Source: Bdellovibrionales bacterium
GTDB taxonomy: Bacteria > Bdellovibrionota > Bdellovibrionia > Bdellovibrionales > UBA1609
Length of the DNA: 64,000 bases
Direction of reading: 5' to 3'
Assembly (NCBI GenBank): GCA_965200875.1
Contig: OZ241456.1
Coordinates: 64,001 to 128,000, forward strand
The notes below the pieces were generated by a model. That model made no database searches. It was given only the letters and a program-made list of their open reading frames with translations, and had not been told where the DNA came from. Of this stretch, positions 29,212 to 39,501 are shown in pieces. A program made the translations under genes and the position numbers. Positions within the stretch are counted from its first letter, which is position 1, and each line of letters begins with the position of its first letter.

Positions 29212-30243
29212 ATGTATCAAAACCCTCTTTTAAGCCTTTTAAAAATCTCCTTTTTTGCAAACCGATCCTTAATAAAAGGTTACATTTTTATATGTTTTTT
29301 TCTAAGTGCCTGCGCGCTTACCCGCCCTGAAAAAAAAGACATAAAACCTTTAACTGAACCTACTCCTGAAGAAGAAAAAATAAAACTTGGACTTTTTATT
29401 TCCGGAGCAGGTGCCAACACCTTTTCAGCACTCCCTTTACTGGAGCTTTTTCAAAAACAAAATATTACTTTTGATTTTACAGCCGGCACGGGATGGGGTG
29501 CCTGGCTGGCAGGTCTTTATGCTAAAAACCAAACTGTGGATGACATAAAATGGAATCTGTTTAAACTAAAAGAACAGGGAGTATTTGAAAAAAAATGGTT
29601 CCGGAAAAAAAGAAAAAATGCCAGACTCCTTAAAAATATTACAAAAGAAGCCTTGTTTTCCCCACTGTCTGTTCCTTTTGTATGCCCGGTAGTTAATAAC
29701 AGAGGTCAGGTTTTTTGGATCCAGGAAAAAAGATCGGGAAAAAATATTCTCCAGTGTTTAAACAATACCCTGCCACACTTCTTTTCTTTTGGAAGCACAA
29801 AGGAGCAGGGTAGTTTTTTTTCCGCAGAGCTTACTTTAAAATATCTCCAAAAAAAAGGAATAAACACCCTTTTATGGGTTAAACCAAATATCCTGTTAAA
29901 AAATGAACCCGATAAACATTCCATTCTTTTCTGGAGAGAGCTTTCGGCGTATTTGAACAATCTGCAAAAACGATATACTCTTGCAAAAACTATACAAACA
30001 AAGGGGAAACCTTGGAACAATATAATAATCCTAGAGACAAAAACCAGCTCTTTTTCTGTATCTGATTTTTCTCAATTACACACCATAATGAAAAGCCCTG
30101 TCCCTTTACGGGAGAAACAAAAAATTATTAATTTAAAACTTAAACTTAAAAGCCGTCTTAAAAAACTCTCCTTCCCACAAAACAAAAATACCATCAAACA
30201 GAAAACCCGGAATAAAACGCTCCCAGAAATCCAAAACACATAA
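29212..30243 (+). CDS. Patatin-like lipoprotein, probably catalytically inactive
   Basis: Lipobox FLSAC. GLFISGAGA..F oxyanion-loop pattern. The nucleophile elbow reads AGTGWG instead of GxSxG. Confidence 0.65.
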   Translation: MYQNPLLSLLKISFFANRSLIKGYIFICFFLSACALTRPEKKDIKPLTEPTPEEEKIKLGLFISGAGANTFSALPLLELFQKQNITFDFTAGTGWGAWLAGLYAKNQTVDDIKWNLFKLKEQGVFEKKWFRKKRKNARLLKNITKEALFSPLSVPFVCPVVNNRGQVFWIQEKRSGKNILQCLNNTLPHFFSFGSTKEQGSFFSAELTLKYLQKKGINTLLWVKPNILLKNEPDKHSILFWRELSAYLNNLQKRYTLAKTIQTKGKPWNNIIILETKTSSFSVSDFSQLHTIMKSPVPLREKQKIINLKLKLKSRLKKLSFPQNKNTIKQKTRNKTLPEIQNT

Positions 30244-30259
30244 AAAGGTTAAAAAGCTT

Positions 30260-31567
30260 ATGAAAAAAAACTCCAGTGTCGTTAAAAATACAGAAGTTTA
30301 TAAAACCCGCAGAAACACCCTGATTCAAAACATGCCTGAGGATTCCGCTCTTATTCTTCCTTCCTGGCCAAAAACCAACCGCTCTGGGGATGTGGAATGG
30401 CCTTACAGACCTTCTTCTGATCTTATTTATCTAAGTGGTTTTACAGAACCTTATTCCTGTCTCGTGATTTTATCTAAACCCCATTCAAAAGCTCTTTTAT
30501 TTGCACAGGAAAAAGACCCGGAAAAAGAGCTTTGGACAGGTCCTGTTTACGGCCCAGAACAAGCTGGGGATATCTTTCAGGTAGAAGCCTGCTATCCGGT
30601 TTCAGAGTTTTCCCATGTAGCCCCAGAAATTTTAAAAAATATTTGTTCTCTTTATTACAAAGTCGGCATAAATTCCCATTGGGACATTCCTTTGAAAAAA
30701 CTTGTTCTCGACTTAAAAAGCAAAAAAAAATTATCGTTACAAGATCCTGTACAGTTAATAGTTCCCCTCAGAATGAAAAAAGAAAAAGAGGAGATAAGCT
30801 TAATCAAGAAGGCTGTTTCCATCAGCGAAACAGCACATATCGAAGTAATGAAACACACGCAGGCAGGGTTAAATGAAAGAGAGCTTTACGGCAGATTCTT
30901 ATGGGAAATCAAAAAAGGAGGTGCACAGGCTGAAGCCTATCCCGGCATTTTTGCTTCAGGTCAAAACGCCTGCATTTTACATTACACAGAAAACACCCGC
31001 AAAACACAGGACGGGGATTTACTACTAATGGATGCCGGCGCGGAATATAATTATTACGCCTCTGATATTACAAGAACCTTTCCCGTCAACGGAAAATTTT
31101 CCAAAGTCCAAAAAAATCTTTACACAAAACTTCTTTCTGTACAAAAAAAAACTGTGGAAAGTCTTAAGCCCGGAATATCTTTTACAGATATTCAAAACAA
31201 GCTGGTTGAGCTTTTATCCCTTATGATGAAAGAAGAGGGATTTTTTTCCGAATCTGTAAAAGAAATTATTGAACATAAAAAGTATAAAAAATATTTTCCT
31301 CACTCCTTTGGCCATTCCTTGGGTCTAGATGTGCATGATCCTGTTTTTTCCGAAACAAAAAACCTTAAAATCAAAGAAGATTTTGTTTTAACCATAGAGC
31401 CAGGACTTTACCTGCCACCAGACGATATGTCTTTAAAGCCAGAACTAAGAGGGCTTGGCTTTCGCATTGAAGACGACATATTGATTACCAAAACCGGCGC
31501 GGAGGTATTAAGCAAAAATGTTCCAAAAGAGGCGGAAGAAATAGAAGAGCTGATTCAAAGCGGATAA
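30260..31567 (+). CDS. pepP: Xaa-Pro aminopeptidase
   Basis: LHY, DAG, Y.SDITRTFP, HSFGHSLGLDVHD, TIEPG and RIEDD motifs. Confidence 0.95.
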   Translation: MKKNSSVVKNTEVYKTRRNTLIQNMPEDSALILPSWPKTNRSGDVEWPYRPSSDLIYLSGFTEPYSCLVILSKPHSKALLFAQEKDPEKELWTGPVYGPEQAGDIFQVEACYPVSEFSHVAPEILKNICSLYYKVGINSHWDIPLKKLVLDLKSKKKLSLQDPVQLIVPLRMKKEKEEISLIKKAVSISETAHIEVMKHTQAGLNERELYGRFLWEIKKGGAQAEAYPGIFASGQNACILHYTENTRKTQDGDLLLMDAGAEYNYYASDITRTFPVNGKFSKVQKNLYTKLLSVQKKTVESLKPGISFTDIQNKLVELLSLMMKEEGFFSESVKEIIEHKKYKKYFPHSFGHSLGLDVHDPVFSETKNLKIKEDFVLTIEPGLYLPPDDMSLKPELRGLGFRIEDDILITKTGAEVLSKNVPKEAEEIEELIQSG

Positions 31568-31588
31568 ATCTTTCAAAAGCCTTCTATT

Positions 31589-32332
31589 TTAAATATTAGT
31601 TGGCATACCATCCTGATAGAACCAGTTTTTTGCTTGTGCAATTTTCAACAAACTTCTTTCGGACTCGTAATTTCTCTCCCCCTTTTTTGCTGTAGAGATA
31701 ACCAACTTGACCGGAAAGGCATATTCTAAAAGAGCCTGATCGGAAAGAGTATTTCCTGCGCAAAAAATGGGACGAGCACCGGAAGTGCTTCGCTTAAAAG
31801 CTGATACTTTATCCTTATGGATTGGAGCCGGCAAAACCAGCTTATCCGTAATAAGCCCTTTTTCCACCAAAGTCTCAACACCTATAATGTTTTCTCCCGG
31901 AATACCATAGCCTTCAAGGGCCTTTGCTAAAACCCATTTCAAGGAAGAACTGACCACAAAAACCTGAACATTTTTTCTGATAAACCAGTCTATCAAACAC
32001 TTTTGAAACAAAAAAACCTCAAAGGGTTTCGTCCTTAAAAAATCAGACACCCACCCCTTCATTTGCTCCAAAGAAATCCCGGCCTGAACTTGAGCCAACC
32101 AACACAAAGCCTGTTTTTTTCCCTTTGTCACACGAACACGATCAAAATCCTCCTGAGGCTTAGCTGTCTTTCCCTTAAGTAGATCCTTTTCCACTTGATA
32201 AAGGAAAAAACTTCTTCCCACATCACTAGGCCAAAGCGTCCCATCCGCGTCAAAGGTCGCAAAAAGAGACTCTTTTCGACTTTCTAAGGTTTTTTCCAAT
32301 TGGTATTTTATTTTCTCCAAAACCAGTTTCAT
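31589..32332 (-). CDS. HAD-superfamily hydrolase (IB-like)
   Basis: Motif I FDADGTLW, motif II VSSS and motif IV GNTLSD. Confidence 0.85.
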   Translation of the reverse strand: MKLVLEKIKYQLEKTLESRKESLFATFDADGTLWPSDVGRSFFLYQVEKDLLKGKTAKPQEDFDRVRVTKGKKQALCWLAQVQAGISLEQMKGWVSDFLRTKPFEVFLFQKCLIDWFIRKNVQVFVVSSSLKWVLAKALEGYGIPGENIIGVETLVEKGLITDKLVLPAPIHKDKVSAFKRSTSGARPIFCAGNTLSDQALLEYAFPVKLVISTAKKGERNYESERSLLKIAQAKNWFYQDGMPTNI

Positions 32333-32360
32333 TTTTTTCTCACTTTATTATCTTTTTTTA

Positions 32361-33008
32361 TTAAGGGGATTGATACAAAATAACAGAAGAGGGAGGAGAA
32401 AACAAAAAAGACAAAAGCCATACTCCCAAAGCCAAAATCAAAATCAAACCCAACAACAAATACAGCACTTTCCAGGGTTTTGCGGAAAAAGACATATTTT
32501 CCAGACTATCTGGAAAAGGCCTTTTTGCAAGCCAGTCACAATATTGCAAAGCTTTAATTTTTTTCTCAGAGGGGTTCAAAGTTTTCTTAGTTTTCTTTTT
32601 CTCAGATTGACCTTCCCCGAAAAAAAAATTCCCGCCAGTCCGACTTAACTCGTCCCCTAAAAGCAAAAGCCCCTCTGTCAAACGATAGGAAAGATCTTCT
32701 GGCTGAACTTTCAAAAACCAAGAAACCTTTTCCGAGGGATATTTTAAAACTCCACATAACACCACTGATAATACTTCTTCATAAGAACAGTTTTTGCAAA
32801 AAGTTTTCCAGGAAAAAAGCGCGCTTTTCTTATTTGCCGGCCCTTCCCTATTTTTTTCAAAAACCTGCTTGCTTTTTTGAATAAACCAGCTAGGAAGTCC
32901 TTTATTTTCCCGAAAAGGAAAATGATTTTTTTTTAAAAACAAGATGCTAGGTTTTTCCTCACAAGCCAAAAGAAAATAAACGATTTTTTTTAACAACTGA
33001 TTATCCAA
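32361..33008 (-). CDS. Hypothetical protein with a sigma-region-4-like HTH and a C-terminal TM helix
   Basis: VVL..VLKYPSEKVSWFLKV....LSYRL..GL..L resembles the ECF sigma4 HTH; hydrophobic C-terminal helix. Confidence 0.55.
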   Translation of the reverse strand: MDNQLLKKIVYFLLACEEKPSILFLKKNHFPFRENKGLPSWFIQKSKQVFEKNREGPANKKSALFSWKTFCKNCSYEEVLSVVLCGVLKYPSEKVSWFLKVQPEDLSYRLTEGLLLLGDELSRTGGNFFFGEGQSEKKKTKKTLNPSEKKIKALQYCDWLAKRPFPDSLENMSFSAKPWKVLYLLLGLILILALGVWLLSFLFSPPSSVILYQSP

Positions 33009-33017
33009 ATAAAAACA

Positions 33018-34058
33018 TTAAGTGATGGTCAGTTCCCGGAGAAGAGCCAGCTGATCCAATACCTGCCCTGCGCCAAGAACCACACAGGAAAGTGGACTTT
33101 CCGCCCCGGAAACCGGAAGCCCCGTTTTTTCTCTGAGCAAAACATCTAGATTATTCAGCAAAGCTCCTCCTCCTGTCAAAATAACTCCATTGTCCACAAT
33201 ATCTGCGGCCAGCTCCGGGGGTGTCTTCTCCAAAGCCATTTTAACCGCATTCACCACTTCATTAAGACTGTCCTTTAAAGACTCATTAATCTGAACATTG
33301 GTGATCTTAATTGTTTTAGGTGCTCCCATCATAGTATCCCGACCTTTGATCTCCATTGTCTTTTCTTCTGAACCGGGATCAGCTGTTCCAATATTGATTT
33401 TTATATTTTCGGCTGTTCTCTCTCCAATCAAAAGATTTTTTTGCCGGCGAACATAATTAATAATGGCTTCATCAAATTTATCTCCTGCCACCTTAATGGA
33501 CTCACAATGAACAATGCCATTTAAGGAAATAACAGCAATACCTGTGGTTCCCCCTCCAATATCTACAATCATACTTCCTCTGGCTTCTGTAATGGGAAGT
33601 CCCGCTCCAATCGCCGCCGCCATAGGTTCTTCAATAAGGTACACCTCCCGCGCTCCGGCAGAATACGCAGATTCCTTTACCGCTTTTTTTTCCACTTGTG
33701 TAATTCCAAAAGGCACACAGATAATAATACGAGGACGAATAAGGCGCCTAGAAGGAGTGGAAGATCGAGCAATAAAATATTTAAGCATTTTTTGTGTAAT
33801 TTCAAAGTTGGCTATCACTCCATCTTTAATGGGACGAATAGCTTTTATGCTTCCTGGCGTACGACCCAGCATAAATTTGGCTTCCCGACCCACAGCCAAT
33901 ACTTCATCTTCTCCACTCACAGTTTTTTTGACAGCCACTACGGAAGGTTCATTTAAAATAATTCCATGTCCTTTGGCATACACCAAAGTATTGGCTGTCC
34001 CTAAGTCAATAGCCAGATCTTGTGAAAAATAGTCACTTACCCGATTAAAAAAGTTCAC
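33018..34058 (-). CDS. mreB: Rod shape-determining actin MreB
   Basis: IDLGTANT, EEPMAAAIGAG, DIGGGTT and LTGGGALL motifs. Likely GTG start at 34058. Confidence 0.97.
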   Translation of the reverse strand: MNFFNRVSDYFSQDLAIDLGTANTLVYAKGHGIILNEPSVVAVKKTVSGEDEVLAVGREAKFMLGRTPGSIKAIRPIKDGVIANFEITQKMLKYFIARSSTPSRRLIRPRIIICVPFGITQVEKKAVKESAYSAGAREVYLIEEPMAAAIGAGLPITEARGSMIVDIGGGTTGIAVISLNGIVHCESIKVAGDKFDEAIINYVRRQKNLLIGERTAENIKINIGTADPGSEEKTMEIKGRDTMMGAPKTIKITNVQINESLKDSLNEVVNAVKMALEKTPPELAADIVDNGVILTGGGALLNNLDVLLREKTGLPVSGAESPLSCVVLGAGQVLDQLALLRELTIT

Positions 34059-34293
34059 ATCTGATACTCTCTGATTTAAAGTTTTCTTTACAAGCTCTCC
34101 CTTTAAGGCAGGTATGAAAAACCCTCTTCCCCTTAAAGGCAAAAGTCACACCCGGCTCTAATTTAATTTTTTACTGCTTTTATGAAGAAAAGTCTAATTT
34201 TTAAATACCGTGGTCTAAAAGCTTTTCATTTAACTCTCCATCACGGACAACTGTTTATGATTTTATGCAACGCATCCTTAATAGAAAACCTCT

Positions 34294-34926
34294 TTAAAGT
34301 AGCCTCTTATTATTTGTCATCTGAAACTGCCTCATGGAAATATTCTGATTAAACCGGATATTAGAGAAAGTGTATTCTTCTGTATTTTCTGAGTTTTTCC
34401 ATTCAAGCCAGATCTTTAAAATCAACCCTCCATCCACTTTCACAGAAAAAGATTTAATGTCAGAGCTTTTTACAGGTTCAAAATCCAAAACCCATGTTCT
34501 TCCTTTGGAGCGAGAGGAAATAAACCGAAATTTTTGAAAAAATATATCCGAAGAAAACAAAAAAGAAAGCAGATGTTTATTTTGTTCCGCTGTATTCAAG
34601 TTGATTTGTTCAATTTGCTCTTTTGCGCCGGAAGGGGACACAATATACCACAGATGATTTCCATCAAACAAAATCCGGGTGTTTAAAAGATCAGCCACTT
34701 TTAAAACAAAAGAACCTTTTGACATCAAAATCTCTCCCTTAGATTTTTTGGTTTTTTGGAGCAATTTCAAATAAATCTGTTTTTCAAAGTTCATTCTTAC
34801 ACCTTTGTTCTGCGTGTATTTATGAACAATTTTTTTAAAATCTGGAGAAGAAATAGAAACCCCATCCGCTGAAAACAAAAAAACGCTGGATAAAAGAACC
34901 CAAAATCCGAAAAAAAGCATTTTCAT
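34294..34926 (-). CDS. lolA: Outer-membrane lipoprotein carrier LolA-like protein
   Basis: Signal peptide from ATG 34926. F.K/Q....., S.G.I, FDG..LW.. and F.NIRFN patterns fit the LolA fold. Confidence 0.7.
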   Translation of the reverse strand: MKMLFFGFWVLLSSVFLFSADGVSISSPDFKKIVHKYTQNKGVRMNFEKQIYLKLLQKTKKSKGEILMSKGSFVLKVADLLNTRILFDGNHLWYIVSPSGAKEQIEQINLNTAEQNKHLLSFLFSSDIFFQKFRFISSRSKGRTWVLDFEPVKSSDIKSFSVKVDGGLILKIWLEWKNSENTEEYTFSNIRFNQNISMRQFQMTNNKRLL

Positions 34927-34966
34927 CCGCTCGTTATAGATAGGGGGAAAATAAAATTCAAGATTT

Positions 34967-35638
34967 TTATACTTTTTCTGTTTTTTCAAAGCGAAACGCC
35001 AAAGTAAAAATCATAAACTCCTTTGGGGCTTTCAAGGCTGAATAAACGGCCTGAGCCGTGGCACCTGTGGTTAAAACATCATCCACAAAAATAATTTTTT
35101 CATTCTGCTTTAAAAAATTTTTTTCTCGTAAATAAAACCGCATTTCTTTTCTTTCCTGTCGATTTTTTTGTTTTTGCATGGAGGTTTTAAAAGAAACCCT
35201 TAAAAGCGGGTTTTTTAAAGGCAAGCCGGAAAAACGAGCTAGTGCGTCTGCCAGACAAAAAGCGTGATCCCGCAAACAATACAAAGGATGGGGAGGAGCC
35301 GGGACCAACACAGAAGAAAAAGGCAGGGAAGTTACCTGAAAAGCTCGATTTAAAAATTCCAAAATCAGTTTATTAAAAATAAAGGACGGTCCGCCTTTTT
35401 TTAAACTATTTAAAAAAAGACGAATAAAAAAATCATTTTCCTCACTCCAATTAAAAAGTCGAAAATGAATCAAACTATCCTGCTCCCGGATCATATCCTC
35501 AGGAGGAAGATAAAAACTTTTTAATTTTTTCCAACAATCAGAACAAAGCCAAGCCACAGGAGGCAGAGCTGACTTACACACAGAGCAGTTTCTAAACCAA
35601 AAAGAGATATGTTCCCGCTTTTGCCAAATTCCTAGCAT
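34967..35638 (-). CDS. comF: ComF-family phosphoribosyltransferase-like protein
   Basis: N-terminal CxxC..CxxC, LVPAP, Q....R.ER and PRPP motif VDDVLTTGAT. Confidence 0.85.
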   Translation of the reverse strand: MLGIWQKREHISFWFRNCSVCKSALPPVAWLCSDCWKKLKSFYLPPEDMIREQDSLIHFRLFNWSEENDFFIRLFLNSLKKGGPSFIFNKLILEFLNRAFQVTSLPFSSVLVPAPPHPLYCLRDHAFCLADALARFSGLPLKNPLLRVSFKTSMQKQKNRQERKEMRFYLREKNFLKQNEKIIFVDDVLTTGATAQAVYSALKAPKEFMIFTLAFRFEKTEKV

Positions 35639-35708
35639 AATTCATTACTCCTTGTTATCGATTCTTACCCTCTTTTATGCAAAAATCGGACCAAATAAGG
35701 GAGCTAAT

Positions 35709-36443
35709 TCATTTTTTTTGAAAAAAACCGGCCAAAAAAATGGAAACTTCATAAAGAACCACCAAAGGAAGCCCCAACAAAAACAAACTCAACACATCCG
35801 GGGGAGTAATAAGAGCCGAAAACGCGGATAAAATGACTATAGCATGACGACGGTATTTCTTTAACATTTCCAAAGAGATAATATTCCACCTGCAAAGAAA
35901 AACCAAAATCAGTGGCATTTCAAACACCATACCAAAAACCAAAATAAACCGGATAATAAAAGACAAATAATTTTTAATGGTGATAAAAGGTTTATCCACT
36001 CCTCCGCCAAAGCTCATAAACAGAGAAAACACCAGAGGAAGTGCCACAAAGTACGCAAAGCTCGCGCCCAATAAAAATAAACCCGTTCCCGTAACCCAAA
36101 ACCCCAAAAAAAAATTTTTCTCTTTTTTATAAAGACCTGGAGAGATAAACCGCCAAAACTGATTTAACCAATAGGGGCTGGAAAGTAAAATGGCAGAAAA
36201 AAAAGCCACCTGAAAATGAGCCAAAACATTATCCGCCGGAGCCGTAAAGATAAGCGCGCCATTTGTATCTTTTAAAAAAGGTTTAAGAGGGTGTTTTAGA
36301 AAACTCAATATTTGCTCACTGAAAAACCAACAAAACATAAAAGCCGGCAAAAGGCTTAAAAGGCTTTTCAAAAGTCTTATACGAAGTTCGGTGAGATGCT
36401 CCATGAGAGAAGAGCTTTTTTCCCGATTAACCAGAAATCCCAC
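35709..36443 (-). CDS. tatC: Twin-arginine translocase TatC
   Basis: EHL.ELR.RL, W.FI.PGLY..EK, FEMP and ITPPD motifs. Confidence 0.96.
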   Translation of the reverse strand: MGFLVNREKSSSLMEHLTELRIRLLKSLLSLLPAFMFCWFFSEQILSFLKHPLKPFLKDTNGALIFTAPADNVLAHFQVAFFSAILLSSPYWLNQFWRFISPGLYKKEKNFFLGFWVTGTGLFLLGASFAYFVALPLVFSLFMSFGGGVDKPFITIKNYLSFIIRFILVFGMVFEMPLILVFLCRWNIISLEMLKKYRRHAIVILSAFSALITPPDVLSLFLLGLPLVVLYEVSIFLAGFFQKK

Positions 36444-36517
36444 CTTTGTTTTTTAATATATCCACATATTTTTTCTTGGTATAATCTGGAAATATAACTT
36501 TCATCTCTTTCATAACC

Positions 36518-36733
36518 TTAATGAAACTCAGAAGATTTTTTGAGGTCTTGATCTTTTGATGTATCTTTTTCAGACATTAAATTCCATTCTCTCTTAAGCC
36601 TTTGAAAAATCCTTTTCATTTCATAAATCAATCGGGCCAAAGCCTGAGCAATTTTAGGAAGTTCCTTAGGCCCGAATAAAACCAAAATCAGTAAAAAAAT
36701 CACAAACAATTCCAGAGTTCCCATTCCCGGCAT
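36518..36733 (-). CDS. tatB: TatA/TatB-family subunit (TatB-like)
   Basis: G..EL, TM helix, FGP.ELP and an amphipathic helix; directly upstream of tatC. Confidence 0.75.
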   Translation of the reverse strand: MPGMGTLELFVIFLLILVLFGPKELPKIAQALARLIYEMKRIFQRLKREWNLMSEKDTSKDQDLKKSSEFH

Positions 36734-36747
36734 ATTTTTATTTTCTC

Positions 36748-37350
36748 CTAATGAGAGTGATTCTTCCAGCTTTTTTTAAAAGGAATATTAATACCTTGAT
36801 TTATCAGATCACGGGCCAATGGACGAGAACCTGTTTCCATATATTGATCCAACATAGAAAGCAAATCCCCTGGCCGACGAAAAGAGTCTTTTTTCCGAAT
36901 CTGTAGAAAAACAAAAACTAAATCGGAAAAACGAAAAGATAGCTCTTCAAACATTTCCTTATTTTGAAAGTCAGAGAGGCTTTTATATGCTTCACGACCC
37001 ATGTTCATATAATAATCCACCGACACCATTTTTTTTCTTAAAGACTCCTGAAAAAAACCGCTGATATATAAACTGGTATCCCCCATCTTCTTTAAATTGT
37101 TTTTCAAAGAAATATCAGAATGATGACTGTTTAAATACAACTCCGCCAAGGTTTTTAATTGTTTTTTACCGGAGGAGTTTACTGTAAACAGATGATCGGA
37201 AAAAACATAAAATTGCAAAAGCTCACATAAATAATTTTTCACCGGTAAAGACACCTGAATACCGGTTTTGTTCAAACCCTCCTTTACCAGAGAATGAAAA
37301 AATTCTGATGAACATTTTAAAACCGACAACTTTGACATAAAGTGCCCCAC
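36748..37350 (-). CDS. Conserved hypothetical protein
   Basis: GD.SLY.SGFF..S and YY..MG..AY pattern of an uncharacterised family. Confidence 0.7.
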   Translation of the reverse strand: MGHFMSKLSVLKCSSEFFHSLVKEGLNKTGIQVSLPVKNYLCELLQFYVFSDHLFTVNSSGKKQLKTLAELYLNSHHSDISLKNNLKKMGDTSLYISGFFQESLRKKMVSVDYYMNMGREAYKSLSDFQNKEMFEELSFRFSDLVFVFLQIRKKDSFRRPGDLLSMLDQYMETGSRPLARDLINQGINIPFKKSWKNHSH

Positions 37351-37535
37351 CTTATTTATCCGATGTTTTTACTCTCCCTTTCAAAGCTCATTTTATATAA
37401 CTATAACAGAAAAAAAGAATTTTTTCAAAACCAGAAAAGAATCCGGCTGGTTTTTAATCCCTTTTCCGCCAAAGAAAGTCAGGCTACGACTTCCGGTTTG
37501 ATTTCTTCAAGCCTTTATACTACCCTGAAAATCCC

Positions 37536-38714
37536 ATGAGCCTTTCTTGTTATATTCATATTCCTTACTGCCTCCAAAAATGTCTTTACTGTGATTTTAC
37601 CACTTTTACACAAGATAAACTTCCGCCCCCGGAAGTTTATACAAACTGGGTGAAACAGGAGATAGATCATCGTCATCAGGGTATTCCAGAAAGAAACTTG
37701 ATCAGTATTTACTTTGGAGGTGGCACTCCAAGCCTCATTCCCGCCCGAAATATCACCTCTCTCATCAATCATTTAAAAAATTATTTTCTGTTTCATCCTC
37801 ATATTGAAATCAGTCTTGAAATTAATCCTGGCACTCTCACTGAAAGATCTTTACACACCTATTTATCCGCCGGAGTAAACCGTTTCAGTGTAGGGGTTCA
37901 AACCTTTCGGGAAGATTTGCTTAAAAAATTTAACCGGGAGCATTCTGCTCAGCAAACAAAAGAGAGCTTAAGACTGCTCCAGAAAAACAAAGTGATATTT
38001 TCCGCAGATCTGCTGTTTGCTCTCAATCACCAAACCAAAAAGAATCTTCAACAGGATATAGATCTTTTACTTTCTTATAATCCCCATCATCTCAGTGCTT
38101 ATTATCTCACCTTACCGATAAACCATATCCTGCAAAAAAACAGACCAGCTGAATCTTTACAGCTGGAAATGTTTTATCAAATTCAATCCTCTCTCAAACA
38201 AGCCGGTTTTGATCATTATGAAATCTCCAACTTTGCCCGAAAAAAATTTTACTCCAGACACAACCTAGCTTATTGGCAATATAAAAATTATTGGGGGCTT
38301 GGACTAAGCGCGCACTCCTTTTTAAGGCTGAAAAACCAAAGAGTACGTTTTTGGAATCCAAAAAGCTTAAGTTTATATTCTAAACAGGTAAAAAAAGTCC
38401 CTTCAGATCTTCCTTTTTCCTGTTTGCCGGCAGAACAAAAAGAAATTCTTTTACCCCATGAAGCCCTGACAGATTTTTGCCACACAGCTTTAAGAACCCG
38501 GTGGGGAATTTCTTTAAAGAAATTAAAACTCCTCTTTGATCAAAAAACTTCAGAACTGGTGTTGAAAAAACTAAAAGACCTGAAGAAAAAAAATTGGATA
38601 AAAGAGGAAAATGAAAACTGGTGCCTGCCTTTTTCCTCTTGGCTTATCAGCAATCATATCTTCCGGGAAATCACTTTCTTGAAAGAAGATCTCATCGAAC
38701 TGAACAAACTTTAA
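37536..38714 (+). CDS. hemW: Radical SAM heme chaperone HemW
   Basis: YIHIPYC...C.YCDF, YFGGGTPS, YEISNFA and HN..YW motifs. Confidence 0.92.
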   Translation: MSLSCYIHIPYCLQKCLYCDFTTFTQDKLPPPEVYTNWVKQEIDHRHQGIPERNLISIYFGGGTPSLIPARNITSLINHLKNYFLFHPHIEISLEINPGTLTERSLHTYLSAGVNRFSVGVQTFREDLLKKFNREHSAQQTKESLRLLQKNKVIFSADLLFALNHQTKKNLQQDIDLLLSYNPHHLSAYYLTLPINHILQKNRPAESLQLEMFYQIQSSLKQAGFDHYEISNFARKKFYSRHNLAYWQYKNYWGLGLSAHSFLRLKNQRVRFWNPKSLSLYSKQVKKVPSDLPFSCLPAEQKEILLPHEALTDFCHTALRTRWGISLKKLKLLFDQKTSELVLKKLKDLKKKNWIKEENENWCLPFSSWLISNHIFREITFLKEDLIELNKL

Positions 38715-38819
38715 AGCTTTTACCCTCAAAGCATAGACAAATCACAAAAACACTTGATTTTCTCTCCCCTGACAGGGAAAATAACCTAAAACCAGCCCTT
38801 CATCTCAGGAGATAAGCAA

Positions 38820-39491
38820 ATGCCAAAAACTCGCCCAAAGCCAAGAAAGATGCGAAAAAAAAAATCTGGAGATAACTCCCCTTCAAAGGTCAAGGGGCCT
38901 TCTGAAATAAAAAATTCTTCTGCTTTTCCGGAAGAAAAAAAAATCGAGGATAACAAAAAATCAAGTACAAAGGCTGAAACAAAAGAAACCCCTCAAAAAC
39001 CTTTTTCTTCGCCTGCGGAACAAAAATGGAAAGAGCAGTATGAAGTTTTAAACAAAAAATATCATTTCCTGATGGCAGATTATGCCAATTACAAAAAAAA
39101 CTGTTTAAAGGAAATGAACAATTTGCGAAAATATGGAGGTGAGCATTTAATTAAACAAATTCTCTCTTCAGTAATGGACAATTTCGATCGAGCCTTGGAA
39201 AAAAAACCAAACACACAAAATATAGATGATTTTCAAAAAGGGATTGTTATGATTTATGAAAATCTTAAAAACCTCTTACAGGAAAATGGAATTAAAGAAA
39301 TGGAATGCCAAGGTAAACCTTTTGATCCTGTTTTTCATTACGCCCTAGATTCCGCGCCCAGTGAAGAAATACCCCCGGAACATATTTTACAGGTAATCAA
39401 AAAAGCCTATTTTTTCCATGATAAACTGATTCGTCCGGCAGAAGTGATTGTGGCCCGAAAACACTCAAAAGACCCTCCATCAAAAAAATAA
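38820..39491 (+). CDS. grpE: Nucleotide exchange factor GrpE
   Basis: AD..NYKK, DNFDRA, FDP..H.A and IRPA.V.V motifs. Confidence 0.92.
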   Translation: MPKTRPKPRKMRKKKSGDNSPSKVKGPSEIKNSSAFPEEKKIEDNKKSSTKAETKETPQKPFSSPAEQKWKEQYEVLNKKYHFLMADYANYKKNCLKEMNNLRKYGGEHLIKQILSSVMDNFDRALEKKPNTQNIDDFQKGIVMIYENLKNLLQENGIKEMECQGKPFDPVFHYALDSAPSEEIPPEHILQVIKKAYFFHDKLIRPAEVIVARKHSKDPPSKK

Positions 39492-39501
39492 AGGACAGCT
39501 T

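Noticed and set aside
35640..37385. Weak sigma28-like matches upstream of comF and the 36748 ORF
   Set aside because: The -10 lacks the CCGA core or the -35 spacing is wrong.
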